Below the pieces are notes generated by a model. The model was not told the origin of the DNA, searched no databases, and worked only from the letters and a program-made list of their open reading frames with translations. Both the position numbers and the translations under genes were made by a program. A DNA stretch of 50,132 nt, counting the filler, from Bipalium vagum (taxonomy: Eukaryota), in assembly GCA_037834085.1 (NCBI GenBank). It is 2 parts of 2 records of this genome, joined end to end, with 100 filler letters (N's around TTAATTAATTAA, not from the genome) between each part and the next. Parts side by side here need not be neighbours in the genome. Positions count along the whole stretch, not along the records: positions 1 to 29,519 come from JBBMKC010025708.1; 1 more part is not named here. One strand, written 5' to 3'. Position 1 is the stretch's first letter. Each line of letters begins with the position of its first letter. Shown piece after piece: positions 12,501 to 25,289 of this stretch.

Positions 12501-13775
12501 ATCTAATTGATACTTTAGTATTATTTCTAAACAAGAATAAAAGATTAAAAATAGTTTTATTATTTTTTATTATTTAAATTTTATTTTAATAATTTAAATT
12601 TGCTATTTAATATTTTTTTAATGTATAATAAAAATCTTTTTATGAGTGGAGTATTATCAAATTTCATAATAAAAATGATGACTATTTACGGACTACTTTT
12701 CTATTTTACTATCATTTAACATCTGAACCACATTCACTGAATAATTAAATTGTAAAAAAAGTATTTTGTTAATAACCACTTTAAAATATTAAGTAGAATT
12801 TTAATGAAAAAATTCGATTAAACTTTCTGTCTCAGCTAATATATTCATCATAAGAGAAATTAATATTTCATGTTTCACCCATGAACAATAAGTAGAACTT
12901 TTATGGGATAATAATTCCTTTGGGATTCAATCAAAATGTCATTGCATAAATCGACCAATTCTTCAGATAATTCTCTGAAAAAAAGGATCATTTAATATCC
13001 TAAGAAGTAATCAAAAAACTTACGAACCAGAGGGTTTTAATTTCATTTAGGGACTCACATTTTCCCAGATTACTTTATTTATAGATTTTGCTAAACATAT
13101 TTTCTTTCGGTATTTAAGAATTAATATTCTTACTAATAATAATAATACTTCAAAATTTCTATAATTTTATTTTTCATTAAAATATCATGTAACCAAAAAA
13201 TTTCGAGCGCATTTTCGATATATGTGAATCAAGATTGTATAAATAACTGCCTTTTTTTAAAAAAAATAATATGGTTTTATAATGAAATTTTATATTTCTA
13301 TTTTATTCATTTTCTTTGAATTAATCAATTTTTATAAAAATTTAAAAATATTATTTTATTATCATTATCATTATTTATTTATTATTCTCATTATTTTATG
13401 TTCAAGTTTGGAGGCTCACATAAAGTTAGAAATTGAAAACTCCAATAAAAATATAAAATATATTATTTTATTAAGTAATATATACAATGACAGAGAAAAT
13501 AAAGAAAAATAAATAACAATTTTGTTTGGAATCATGAATTTTTTTTTGTTTTTTTACCTTTTGACTCCTGAATATTTTGTTAGTTTTATAAATGAGACTT
13601 TATATAGGGTCTTTACCCATTGGCGACAGACTCCACATATAATTCTTTTTAAAGAAAGATTCACAATTGAAAGTTTACAGTCAATCATATTTAAGCTTAA
13701 AACTTAAAGGAATATTTTTTGTAAATTGATTACATAAAGATGTTGAGTTGTAGCAATAATAATGATAATAGAGTT

Positions 13776-13776
<1 letters not shown>

Positions 13777-13813
<37 letters not shown>
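13777..13813 (+). repeat. (TAA)n microsatellite
   Basis: About 12 perfect units, with degenerate units on both sides. Confidence 0.95.
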
Positions 13814-13870
13814 TTTTAATAATTAATAATGAATTTTGGAAAAAAAATTCCTAAGTGGAGATTTTTGACA

Positions 13871-14153
13871 GATTAGGCTAATGGATTCCCTAGCAGTTGT
13901 TCTCGGGTGGACTGCAAGATTCCATAAGCCTTCATGTGAGTCTATCTCGGCATGGAGATAGAGTTAATGGCTATTAGGGAACATAGCCGTCTCTGAGCGT
14001 AGAGATTGGTGATCGTAGACCAATCTCTATGACTATAATAGCACACAGCTAATCCCAGAAATTGGCCAGAAACTACGCCAAGAAGGGGACCCAGCGAGCT
14101 TGAGAACCCCTAGGCGACCTGAGAAGGGCCTAAGGGCAACTCGGGGACCCCTT
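13871..14153 (+). other. GC-rich multi-hairpin structured element of unknown class (putative structured RNA or retroelement UTR)
   Basis: Six consecutive stem-loops: 13875-13931, 13941-13962, 13967-13990, 13998-14031, 14062-14081 and 14083-14153 (GAGA tetraloop 14121-24). G-U pairs favour the + strand. Confidence 0.55.
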
Positions 14154-15670
14154 GTTACTCCTGGTGTGATCGTTTTAATTTATTTATTCCTCTTCTATTT
14201 TCTGAAAACTCTTTCGTGATCATTTCTTTTATCTCTTTCATTATAGCAGTAGTTGTGTGTATTTTTATCATTATTTTTTTTGTGACATTTTTCAGTTATT
14301 GGACTTATTAGAGATTTATAGCGGTGATCAGTATATTAGGCATTGTGTTTTTTATTAATAAAGTTTTATTGTGGACGCCTTGATTCAGTTCTTATGGTGC
14401 GGATACAGTGTATTGTGTGGGTTTTGATTCAGATAAGGTTGACAGGGACGGACAAAACATTTTATAAAAGTGAGGAGTTACGAGTATACGAGCACACATA
14501 ACTACGCCTAAGTATAATAGTAACAAAGATATTCTTATCAATCACTTTAGAATCGTTCTATTTTGTGATGAAAAACATTTTATTTGATTAATGTCATATA
14601 GTGATTTAATTCCCGATTTGATATCGTACACTTTTTACAATCACGTTACCTAATGAAAATACACAAATCTCAATAATTAAGTAAGAATAATTAAGAAATT
14701 AACAACAATTTTATAATATAATTAAAATATAATATTGCCTATATATTGGAATTACATCACACAATTCTGATTCTCATTTTGGCAACCCAGATTAAAAAGA
14801 TTTATCAGAATTAATACAAATTATTTTATTATTTGACTACGAAAAATATTTCTGAATTATGACATAAATTAAATTCTTGAAATCGTGCCCATTTTCCAGA
14901 AAATTAAAATTAAATTTGAACAATATTTAATAAAATAATAAATGAATTAAGTAAATATTTCCAATAGACGCGTTTTAACAAACATTTCTGAACGTATAAA
15001 ATTTTATTTATTATAATAAAATTTTGAAATATTTTATGTATTTATGTCCGGTTTTGATGTAACGTATGAAATGTCCACCTTTCTAAAAATAACCTTTCCA
15101 AAAATTATGGCGCGAATTATAATTAACAAAAATTAATGTCTTATATTTCAGTTTAATGCTTTGGAATTGTTTTATAATGTGATATCAGTAACTTAACCGT
15201 TCGGATAAAGTAAAAGATTTTTTGGGGTTAATGTCGAACATGACATGTAGATATCATACATATTTTACTTTTTATTATCATAATATTGTCATTTTATTAC
15301 GCCATAAATTATTTCCATAAATGAAATTTGGGCATCAACACATTAGCGGGAAAAATTATTAATGTGTTTGACTTGAAATCGATTAAAAAAAGAACCATTT
15401 GATCTTGGGGTAAGAAGTTTGACTTGAAGGTCATAAAGTGCAAAAAAAAGATAAATGATTCTAATTTTTTGATCTTACAAATTGTTTTCTTTTCATTTCA
15501 GTATTCTTTATCTTACAATTGGTAAAAACCCATTTAATTTCGAATATGGACCCAGTTAATTCATTTTTAATGTCTCATAAATTTTATTATTTTTTCATTG
15601 TAAAAATTGTTTTAATCATCATTAACAGATTTCATTTTATTATTTATTACGGATTGATAATGTTTTACAG

Positions 15671-15800
15671 TTTTATAGAAAAACCAACAATCTCTGTGGC
15701 TACAATAATGAACAATCCATGAAGTTAATCAACAACAAAAGCGGTGACGGACACAACGTTAATTCTGAGCAGAACAGGCTGACCAAATCCAGGGAAAACA
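15671..15800 (+). CDS. Protocadherin-like gene, cytoplasmic-tail exon (not in ORF track)
   Basis: tgttttacAG|TTT...AACA|GTAAAG; 130 nt, open frame FYRKTNNLCGYNNEQSMKLINNKSGDGHNVNSEQNRLTKSREN. Phase 0 in and phase 1 out, exactly bridging exon 9291-9785 to exon 18892. Locally raised GC. Confidence 0.8.
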
Positions 15801-16239
15801 GTAAAGTTTCATTAGTGTTATTCCATACCATCAAACTATTAGACTAAATAAAAGCTAAATTAAAAATCCCCTTTTCAGACAACCACCTTCCCTCACCCTT
15901 TGCACCATTGTGATCAACAGAATATATAAAGTTCTCTTATAAAAAATATAATTTCGGAACAGATTCAAACTTGTCATTAGCATCAATTTCCCTATTCCAG
16001 CGTCTCAGAGTCCCTATTTCCAATATTGCTATTATCCATGCTTATCTATATCAATTATTCCTACAATTAAATTAACTGTCTGCTACGTCAGAATTAAAAT
16101 AATTATTTATTTTCTTTTCTTAAATTATCTTCTTTGTCTGCTTAATTTTTCGCATAATTTATTTGATAAATTTATAAAAAATTGATTTATCTGTGATTAT
16201 GTAATTGTGATTATTAACTGTTACGTGAGAACTCTACGA

Positions 16240-16640
16240 TACACCGAGTGTCAAATGAGTTTTAAGACTGTCTGCAAAATCAAAAGAAATAAGTATATAA
16301 AATTCTTGTTATTTTACTTATTTAAAATAGTGCCCCTGGTTTTAATATTTCTTTTGCAGCTTTTCCCAGTTTGGCATTAAATTTTATAATATTTCTTTGT
16401 TCCATCTGTAATTTTTGACATGAGAAAAAAGTTACTATGTTATTAATAAAAATGGTGATATCTTTGGTGACGGAAATCCTTTTGATTTGAATTTTTATAA
16501 GATAATAACTAAAGATTCAAGCTTTGGTGCAGTGGTTACTATGTTGTGTAATCAGTCGCATTACTTAATTGACACAATGTGTATAAAGCTACAGTGCAGT
16601 CGAAAGAGTATTTTTTTATTATTTTGTGCTTTGAGTTGGA
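16240..16640 (-). mobile_element. mariner C-terminal remnant
   Basis: Decayed C-terminal segment near 16330-16500 and a TIR-like end near 16244-16270. Confidence 0.4.
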
Positions 16641-16659
16641 CAGATCCAATTGATTCTTT

Positions 16660-17830
16660 TCGGTATCCCTTGTGAGAAAGTATTCACAATTTTGATGAAT
16701 CATCTTCTGCCATCTCTGTGGTAGCTTCATCGCTATTGTGTGCAAATAGAAATCTCGATTTTTTTTCTGCAAAAACCTCTCAAAATGCTGTTTAATAAGG
16801 TTCTATTATTAAACGCTTTACTAATCAATAAGTTTTGAAAAGAGCTAAAAAAATGAAAATCGGAGGGTAGAGTGTTGGTGGCAAAATATCCCATTGAACT
16901 CAAGCAATTTCTGGTGAGTGATCAAGCTGATATGTAGCTTTGCGTAATCGTGGTGAAACACCAGTCCTTTTCGATTGACCAGCTCAAGATTTTCTGTTGG
17001 ATGTAATCGCTCAATCTCCGTAGTTGCTCACAATATATTTTAGAATATATTGTTTTATTATAAGGGAGTAGATCGTAGTAGTTACCTACCAATTCAACCA
17101 GATTGAAAAAATAAACTTCTTCTGGTGAAAATGTATTTTTGTATGTATTATAATATCTCCTATTGTAATATCTCCCGAGCTTTCTCTTTTCTAGACCAGC
17201 TTTTTCTTTTGACATTATCGTAGACGATCCATTTTTCATTCTCCTGATTAGTGCCTCAGAAATGGGTCACCTTCTTCGCGTTTCATGTGTTGATCGCTAA
17301 TATCAAATCGATTGACTTTGTGAATTTCTTTAAATTTTTTCGGGACTCAGACATTCATTTTTTGGATGAAAACAGCGGACTTTAAATGACCGCGAACGCG
17401 TCCAACGGACAAATTTCGAGCTTCTGAAATTTCTTTGACAGACGAATACTTAATTACTTTCACGAAAGCTCTAATTCTGTCGATGAAAACCGTAACAGGT
17501 TTGTCAGACCGATGAGAATTTCTGAATGAAAAATTATCATCACGCTATTGGGCAAACCACTTCTGAATTGTCTTTCTGTAATCAGACACAATCTTTCACA
17601 AACTTTTTTCTGTCCTCAGTGGACTTTTTCTTTTTTGAAGTAAAAGAACAATATATTCCGCATATCCTCGTCACAGTTCTCCATTTAAAAAAAGTTAAAA
17701 AATTGAGAGTCACACTGCACTTCCATTTTTATTTTTTTATGTAAATAAACAATCAATTGTACATAATAATACATAATCATATTAATTGACACTATAAAAA
17801 AATAAAACTAACGTACTGACTTGTTGAACA
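16660..17830 (-). mobile_element. Near full-length degenerate mariner element
   Basis: DEKWIVYDNVKRK, TIYSKIYCEQLRRL, VNRKGLVFHHDYAKLH, DFY..IAMKLPQRWQKMIHQNCEYF. Confidence 0.85.
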
Positions 17831-18891
17831 ACTAAATACTTTCAGAAGATGAAGTCTTTAAACCATTTTATCTAACAAATCGATCAGAGATTATTTGTGG
17901 AAGTTAAACAATTACAATTTTACTTTTTATTACTTTATAATTTTAATATAATTTTTAAATTTTTTTTTAAAAATATAAGAAAATTAAACCAGTAAAAGTG
18001 TTGTTAAGCTGATATGGTACCGTGAATAATTGGAAATTAATTAATTCAATATTTTCTTAGATTTATGTAAATTATTATTTATTTATCTTTTCTAACAATG
18101 ATATATATAAAAAAATTTAATTTATTATCGAAGTTTATATTAAAATGATTAATTTAATTAAAAAAGTAAGGTAAAATTATATTGCGATACTTATTAAATA
18201 AATTACACACTTATTATATTATTAATTTTATAATTTTATTATTATTAAATATAAAATAAAAAAAATAAAACTATATTAATAAATTGAACTTATTAACTTA
18301 TTAAAAGAATGTTAATTCGATAATATAAAAATAATCAAAATATTATTGATAATATTTTTCTTAAACATAAACATCATCAAATATTAAAACATGTTTAGTA
18401 AAATAAATGTCATCAATTTACTAATTATTTTTATTATTAAAAATTCTGAACTTATTAGGGCACAGTCATTTTAAACTAACATAGATAAAATTACACAATT
18501 GGAAGCCTAAATTAAAAATTAAAATAACACATGACTTTTTATTAATTGTAAAGTATGTAAATAAAATGTTTTAATTTCACATTAAAAATGCATTATTTTT
18601 GTTATTCTATTAGTTAAAATTTATCAAATATTTTATAAAACAAAATGATACAAAACATTCCAAAATTTTTAAAAATTTAAATTATTCTTATTGTTATAAG
18701 TGGAAAATATCATTTTATTAAAACAAAATAATTGAAAAAGGAAAATCGTAAAGATTCAATATTTGAAAGAAAGTCATTATTATAACAACGAAAGAAATTT
18801 CGTATAATTGATAATTATCTCTTAAATAAAAAAATTATTTAAAAGTTTTTTAATAAAAATGAAACTAATTTATTTTTTTCTTAAATTCCAG

Positions 18892-19208
18892 TTTATCAAA
18901 AGATTAGCGCTAATATCGAATTGCCAACAGCTAAAGGGAGAAAAACAATAATTGATGATCAAATTTTATCAAGCCCTGATGATGCCCCAAGCTTTTTGTC
19001 AACTTATGGTTTCGCCGAACATCAGCTGGAATCCCAGCCAAGGGCAATCAACGTCAGATATCAAACCCTGAACAGTAATGGAAAGTCAACCATATTGAAT
19101 TCTTTACCTCTCGACAATGCTGATAATATTTACTCGAATTCCAACATGGCCACCGTGGACAATTGTTCTAGTCCAAAAAAATCATTTATTGCTTCATCTT
19201 TTGTGTAA
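18892..19208 (+). CDS. Protocadherin-like gene, terminal exon ending in class I PDZ-binding motif (SSFV*)
   Basis: Acceptor ttccAG (18890-91), phase 1; (I)YQKISANIELPTAKGRK...FIASSFV, stop 19206-19208; AATAAA at 19287-19292. Confidence 0.8.
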
Positions 19209-19699
19209 ATAATTTTCGTCGAAATTCTAATTTTAGATTAGTTCAATCGATTAATTTCAAAAATTTCGATATCTGTACATATTTTTAATAAATTTGATCC
19301 AACATTTTATTAAATATTGAATTTCTCAATCTTCTCAATACGTTTCTCATTTAAAAATATAAATAATAAATTTTTCAATCAAAAATTTTATTTTTATATT
19401 TTTATGTCATTTTTATAAAATACTGATTTTTATTCATTGGGATTTTGTCTATTATTTTAATAATGCATTAATTAATTAATTTTATTTATATTATATTTAT
19501 TGGATATTAAATAATATATTTGTTTGAATATTAAAAGAAAATTAATGATGTAATTTTATTCTCAATTCACATTTACCAGCTTCAATCGGTTTTATTAATC
19601 ATTATTCCAATTTCACTAAAAGAATGTATTGATATTTTATAAAAATAATTCTAATAAAATAAGTGTTAAACGTGCCGACTCGATCACTGAGCAACATGA

Positions 19700-20260
19700 G
19701 CACTCGGCAATAGTTATTATTAATATTTAATTGAACAATGATCGTTTTTTATCTTTTGCTGATGTATTTAGAACAATGGTTGTCAATATGTCAGACTTAT
19801 TTTCCTGGTGTGGCATTATGCATTAGACAAATATCTTCTGATCTTAAGTCATTTCTTTTATGATCCTCATATTTTCTATTTTTCAGCTTTTGGCATTGTA
19901 ATGTTTTAATTATTAACTAAAGTATAGTAATAATATTCTAAAGAGAATTTTCTTATTGGTATTATTTTTGTCCACAAAAATATGTTATCGTTGTTTCTGT
20001 TTTGTTATCGTTAGTTTTTTTCTCAGTTGTAGAACTGGCTTTTTGCCAAAATTGATTTTTATACTGATCTTTTTTAATTTTCGACATTTATATGATCTCA
20101 AACGAGGTTTTTCAAATAAGAAACACATGATCTGTATTTGTTCCAGGTGAGTTTATCGTAATTTGTTGCAATAATCTTTTCATTTCAATTTCTGGTTTGT
20201 TTTTTAAATACAAATACCACAAGATGATGGTGCAACTTTATATATTCTGACATTCTAAAT
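19700..20260 (-). mobile_element. Possible pogo/Tigger-like transposase remnant
   Basis: PGNKSDIL/QPL resembles the DDE_1 motif P..T..LQPLD; otherwise heavily decayed. Confidence 0.3.
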
Positions 20261-21049
20261 AATGTTAATAATTTTAGTACAGATTATTAATAAACTCGTT
20301 TATATGACTCATCAGTGGTTTGTTGTGTTCTTATCCATAAACAATAATTCAAAGTACACTTAGTTAAAAATGTTTACTAATTGTACATGATCTTTAACAC
20401 AGCTGTAATGGTACTATTAGTGCACTAAAAATTAGGTGGTAAAGAATAAGAAATGTAATGATAAAAATTCCTATCATTCTATTAAACAATGAAAAATACA
20501 ATCACTGTCAACTACAGCTTAAGTTAATCTAACAATCTTTATGGTACATCTTGATAATATTTGAAAAATTAAATAGACTTTCCCCCTCAGTACAATCTTT
20601 GAAGCAAGTTACATTCATTATATTATTATTATTATTATAATCATAATAATTATTATTCACACGTCCTAACGAGGGGTTATACAATATTGCATTTTAGCTT
20701 TTAGTTACAATATTTAATCATTCTACGCAATTGTTTGACATTGGTGACTTGCTAATTATTCTTACATATAAATCCTTTTAAAGAACCCTATGGATATTGA
20801 AGACAATTTGTCTGACAATTGTTTATTTTCTACATAAAATAGTGCAATTCTGCTGGTTTTTTAAATAAATCAAATGGAATTTCAGAAAACCTCAACATTC
20901 CCAAAATTAAAAACTCTTTAAATTTAATAATATTCAATAATAAATTAACCAAGCAATATGGTAATTTCAAAAAATTTTTTAATAAAAATTAATGATTTTC
21001 TTTTTATAGACTAGTATACCGGCACTTTTTGATATGAAAGATTATATTT

Positions 21050-21490
21050 TGATGAAGAGAAATGTCTGAATTATTTATTCAATAAAAATTGTTTACTACA
21101 TTTTCTTCTTTGCTCAGATTGTAGCCGACCAATGATACTCAGATTAGGGAAAAAAGATTTCAATGTGGAAGCAAAAGATGTCGAAAACTCTAATTTTCAA
21201 AATATTTATTTGCTGGTTATCTGTGGCTATTAAAGGCGAATGTACCAACCGCGATTCATCAAATAGGTCACAGTTCCATTACCATCAACATAAATAAACC
21301 ATGCCGAGATTACGTTTCACAATCCTTGAAAGATATTATTGAAGGAACTTGGTCCGAACTTAAGCACCAAATACCAAAAAGAAATCGAGAAAAACTTCAA
21401 ATAGAAAACCACCTATTGGAAGCCATATATATTGTAGAAAAAATGAAAATGATTTATGGGATACTTTTTTGGTTTGGCTAAATGAATAAA
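21050..21490 (+). mobile_element. Merlin/IS1595 (ISXO2-like) transposase C-terminal remnant
   Basis: IIEGTWSELKHQIPKRNREKLQIENHLLE...RKNENDLWDTFL. Confidence 0.65.
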
Positions 21491-23600
21491 AATATGTATT
21501 GTATAAATAAATTATTTTTCAACATTTTCTTAAATATAATATGTTCTAATCAAAATAAAAAAAATAAATAAAAAGCACTAAAATTTATTTAACCATTAAA
21601 TTTTATTATTTTTTTTATTATTATTTGAAAGATTGATTAGCGGTGGAACATAAAATCAATGTTGATTGAATACCGTGCAGATGATTTGAGTTTATTGATT
21701 AAATTGAAGAACTGGTTCATGCATTTGTGCAAACCCGTTCCACGAGCAACAACTGAATCAGGGAAGACGGTGAGAGATGGGTTTGGCAAAATATATGCAC
21801 AAACGACTCGAGTACCCAAACAGTGCTAAGAAAAATTTACCAATTGAACCAATATATTATTGACCGCTTTACACGATAAATTAATTAATTTCACAGAATT
21901 TGCAACCTTCACACGATTTTTCGTTATCACATTTGGATCAAACTCTACGCAAAAAAGGTTTTATTATCGAAAATTGTCGCCTAACAATTCAACACACTTA
22001 GTCCAGTTGTCTAATAATTCTGTGCATGTTTGAAGTACGATTCTAAAGGTTTGCAAATTGCTAGTCTACGGCTGCCATGTATTCTTAAATATTTATAATA
22101 ACACTATTGTAATATTTTCTAAGGTGTACAATATACTATTATAGTAAATAAAACCTTATCTTATATTTATATTATAAAAGATACTAGAGAAATAAATAAT
22201 TTTATTGGAAAGAGAAATATAAAAAAAATAAATTAAATATTAACTTTTGCTTTCTTATCTTTTTTCAATAACAGAGAGCAAACTAAAATCATACATTACA
22301 ATATTGAAATAAAAAGAAGAGAAAAAATAAAAGAATTTTTCTAATAATTAGTGATTATCAAATAATTATTGAATAATTACATTCACCTAGACACCAAATT
22401 AAGTATGTTACATGTAATGCATGAATTTCGAGACTTAAAGAAATAAAAAATAATTAGTTCTATAAATTAAAATATAATAAGCGATAAATCGAAAAAAGAA
22501 AACGTACTTAAAAATATAATTTTTGATAATGATTTTATCGTAATTAGAAAAAAAGAAGATTCAACATTTTCTTTTACCCTTTTCAAAAAATGACAGTCAT
22601 TTCTTACACGATTAAATAAAATAATAAAAAATATTATTTTATCTTAATCATTTTTTTTACATAATATTTATTTCTTTGAACATAGAACAATCAATAAAAA
22701 TAATATTTTTTTAAACAAATATTTTTTATATTTCATTATTTAAAAAGAATATTGACAAAAACACTTAAAACTAAATATAATTGAATTATAATAATATTCA
22801 AGTATTGATTTTTATTATTTTTATTTATTTACGAACAATCCGCATTGATGAACTATTGAGGAGGTTTCATGAAAAATGATGTCTTTGGCATAATGTTTAA
22901 TATAAAAGAAGTAAATTGTTCTCTCCGACTACTTCTAGAATTATTTATTATGTCACTTTCAACCATAAATCATTATTATGATCTTATTATCATAATTGTT
23001 TGTTTGAAATTGTATATAAATATTTAATATCAGTGGTCGTCTTATCATGAATGGTATACGAGATATGCAAAGCAGCTCATTCTAAATTAAATAATAAATC
23101 ATTAATAAATAATAAATGATAAATTACCAGTAATATTGTTTTGTCTCTGATGATTTTTTAAATATTGCATTGCTCCCAATCTTTAAGAAAATAATTGATA
23201 TTTTCAATATTTTTAACTGAATATTTGTGAGAACGAACATCTGATTATAACTGTAAATTGAAAATCTATTATTTTTTCTTGAATTTTAGTTAATGACAAT
23301 TTTTCATTCAATAAAACAATTATATTTTAAACTTTAACTTAGTAAAACAATAATTATTTAAGTGTTTTAAAAATAATCATGCTTCATTTTTAATGATTAC
23401 AAATCATTTTCATTGCAAAAAAAAAAATTCTTTTTTTTAAAAAAAATATTTCGCACAGATAATTCAATTTTTTTAAAATATTTAATGTATTTAACAAAAT
23501 AATTTATTTAAAAAAAACAAAAAAATAAGGATATTTTTAATAAAATAAAATTATGTATTTAAAAATTTATTATTTTTAAAAAATAAAAATATTTGCTTTA

Positions 23601-23801
23601 TATTCTGATCAAATAATTAGAAAATTTTATTATCAAATATGGAAAAAAATTTTTTTAAATTGAACATGTTTAAAGAAAATTATAAGATAATATTCATGTA
23701 AAAATAGTTAATAAAAAGTGGAAAAGATGAACGAGACAAGAAAGAAAAATGTTTCTAATAATACAGAAGGTCATAAAAAGATGTTCATTCTTCATTTTTC
23801 A
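23601..23801 (+). repeat. Direct repeat copy 1 (~200 bp)
   Basis: Collinear with 26488-26686; shares ATGAACGAGACAAGAAAGAAAAATGTTTCTAATAATACAG exactly. Confidence 0.9.
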
Positions 23802-23832
23802 ATGATTTGCTCCTTTAATTATTATGTGTATA

Positions 23833-24878
23833 CAGGGTGCGTCTGCTATTTGAGGACAAAAATTGTTAAAATATATCATGATAATTCTTTTAGTGGCGCT
23901 AAAATTTATTTGCAATATTTTTAATTAAATAATTATTAATTATTTATAATTATAATTCATTAAATAATTATTTTTTAATTTAGAAATGGAAGAATAACTT
24001 TTGAATTAACACAAGAAATGAAAAGGTATGTAGTCTTAGTTATATTAGCCGCTGGACACAGTGACTTAAAAAATTTCAAATTTTTTAATGTGGCCTGATC
24101 GTTTGTCAATAAAATTAGAAAGGAATGTTTGGCATCTGATCGAAAGTTTTCCTCTATATCTAAAAGAAAAACACATTCATCTCGTTCAGACATCGTCAGA
24201 AATGTTAATTTTGTTCAAAAAGTCCAGGATGTTCTTAATGAAAGTCCCGGAACATCAATGAGAGAAATTTCTCATCGACTATCGGTTTCTGAGTCAACAG
24301 TAAGTCAAAAGGTACACAATGATTTAAAATGCAGGTCCTAAGTCATGAGAACAAGAAATTTTGTATTGGTAAAAAGCAAAGAAAATCGTTTAATCCGCTC
24401 AAAGTGTATTTTTAACAAAATCAAGCATCCTGATCATCCAAACATGTTATGGCTCTTTTCTGATGAAAAACTTTTTACTGAAGATGAAAATGTTAATAAG
24501 AGGAACGATCGATGGGTGTGTTTTAGTGCTTCTAAAGTCTCTAATGTTATGCACATCAAGTTTCCATCATCTTTAATTATATTGGGTGTTGTGAGCAACG
24601 AAGGTCATGTTATGCCTCCGTATTTCTTTTCACAGGTACTTAGAATAAATGCATCTTTTTATATCCTGTGTCTAGTTACAGATGAGAAGCCCTGGATTGC
24701 ATACGTTACCCACGAAAAACATTGTTTTCTAACATGACTCAGCTCCCGGTCATACATCATTAAAAACACAAAAATGGCTATCGCTAAATTTTAACGACCA
24801 TGTCACTCCAAATATTACATTAAAAATATTACTTACTTTTAATATCAATTTTTATTCTCAAATAGCTGACGCATCCTG
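23833..24878 (+). mobile_element. maT/DD37D-type Tc1/mariner element with TIRs, internally deleted
   Basis: TA TSDs at 23831-32 and 24879-80; TIRs CAGGGTGCGTCTGCTATTTGAG / CTCAAATAGCTGACGCATCCTG; FSDEKLF..NKRNDRW, GVVSNEGHVMPPYFF, HDSAPGH. The third-D region is missing. Confidence 0.9.
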
Positions 24879-24959
24879 TAAATAAGTATTTGTCTATTCT
24901 TAGCAGAATAAAATTTTTATAAAAAAACTTTGAAATTTTTTTTTACATAACAGAGTTAT

Positions 24960-25160
24960 CATGCATTGAATTTTTTGTACAAAAAATCAATCACCAAAAT
25001 AAGATCCTTTGTTGTGCATAAATTTTTTCCATCTTTCAGGTAACTGACGAAATCCCGAACGAGAGAATAATCTTGGTTTTTTGAAGCAAGGTGATTATCC
25101 AGAAATTCTCAAATCTGAGAAACATTTTTGGAACAATGTCCCACTAAAAAGAATTTCATA
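24960..25160 (-). mobile_element. mariner C-terminal fragment
   Basis: LASKNQDY..GFRQLPERWKK. Confidence 0.5.
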
Positions 25161-25289
25161 TCTGATACAATGTCCATAGTATACATGGTGTATTAGCAAA
25201 ATCCAGATAAAAAAACAACTTTAAACAAACAAAGATATACTAAATAATATCATAATTATTTAAGCAATAGTTATATTCTTGGATTAAAA

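Noticed and set aside
13876-14060. HDV-like ribozyme fit (GCTAA as J4/2)
   Set aside because: No P3/L3 or P1.1 (CC/GG) can be built; kept only as an unclassified structure.
20293-20320. Minus-strand CTGATGAGT...ACGAG hammerhead-like motif
   Set aside because: GAAA is absent and there is no helix I or III.
21637-22080. Possible hAT-like remnant on the minus strand
   Set aside because: Only vague motif similarity; cannot be supported without a search.
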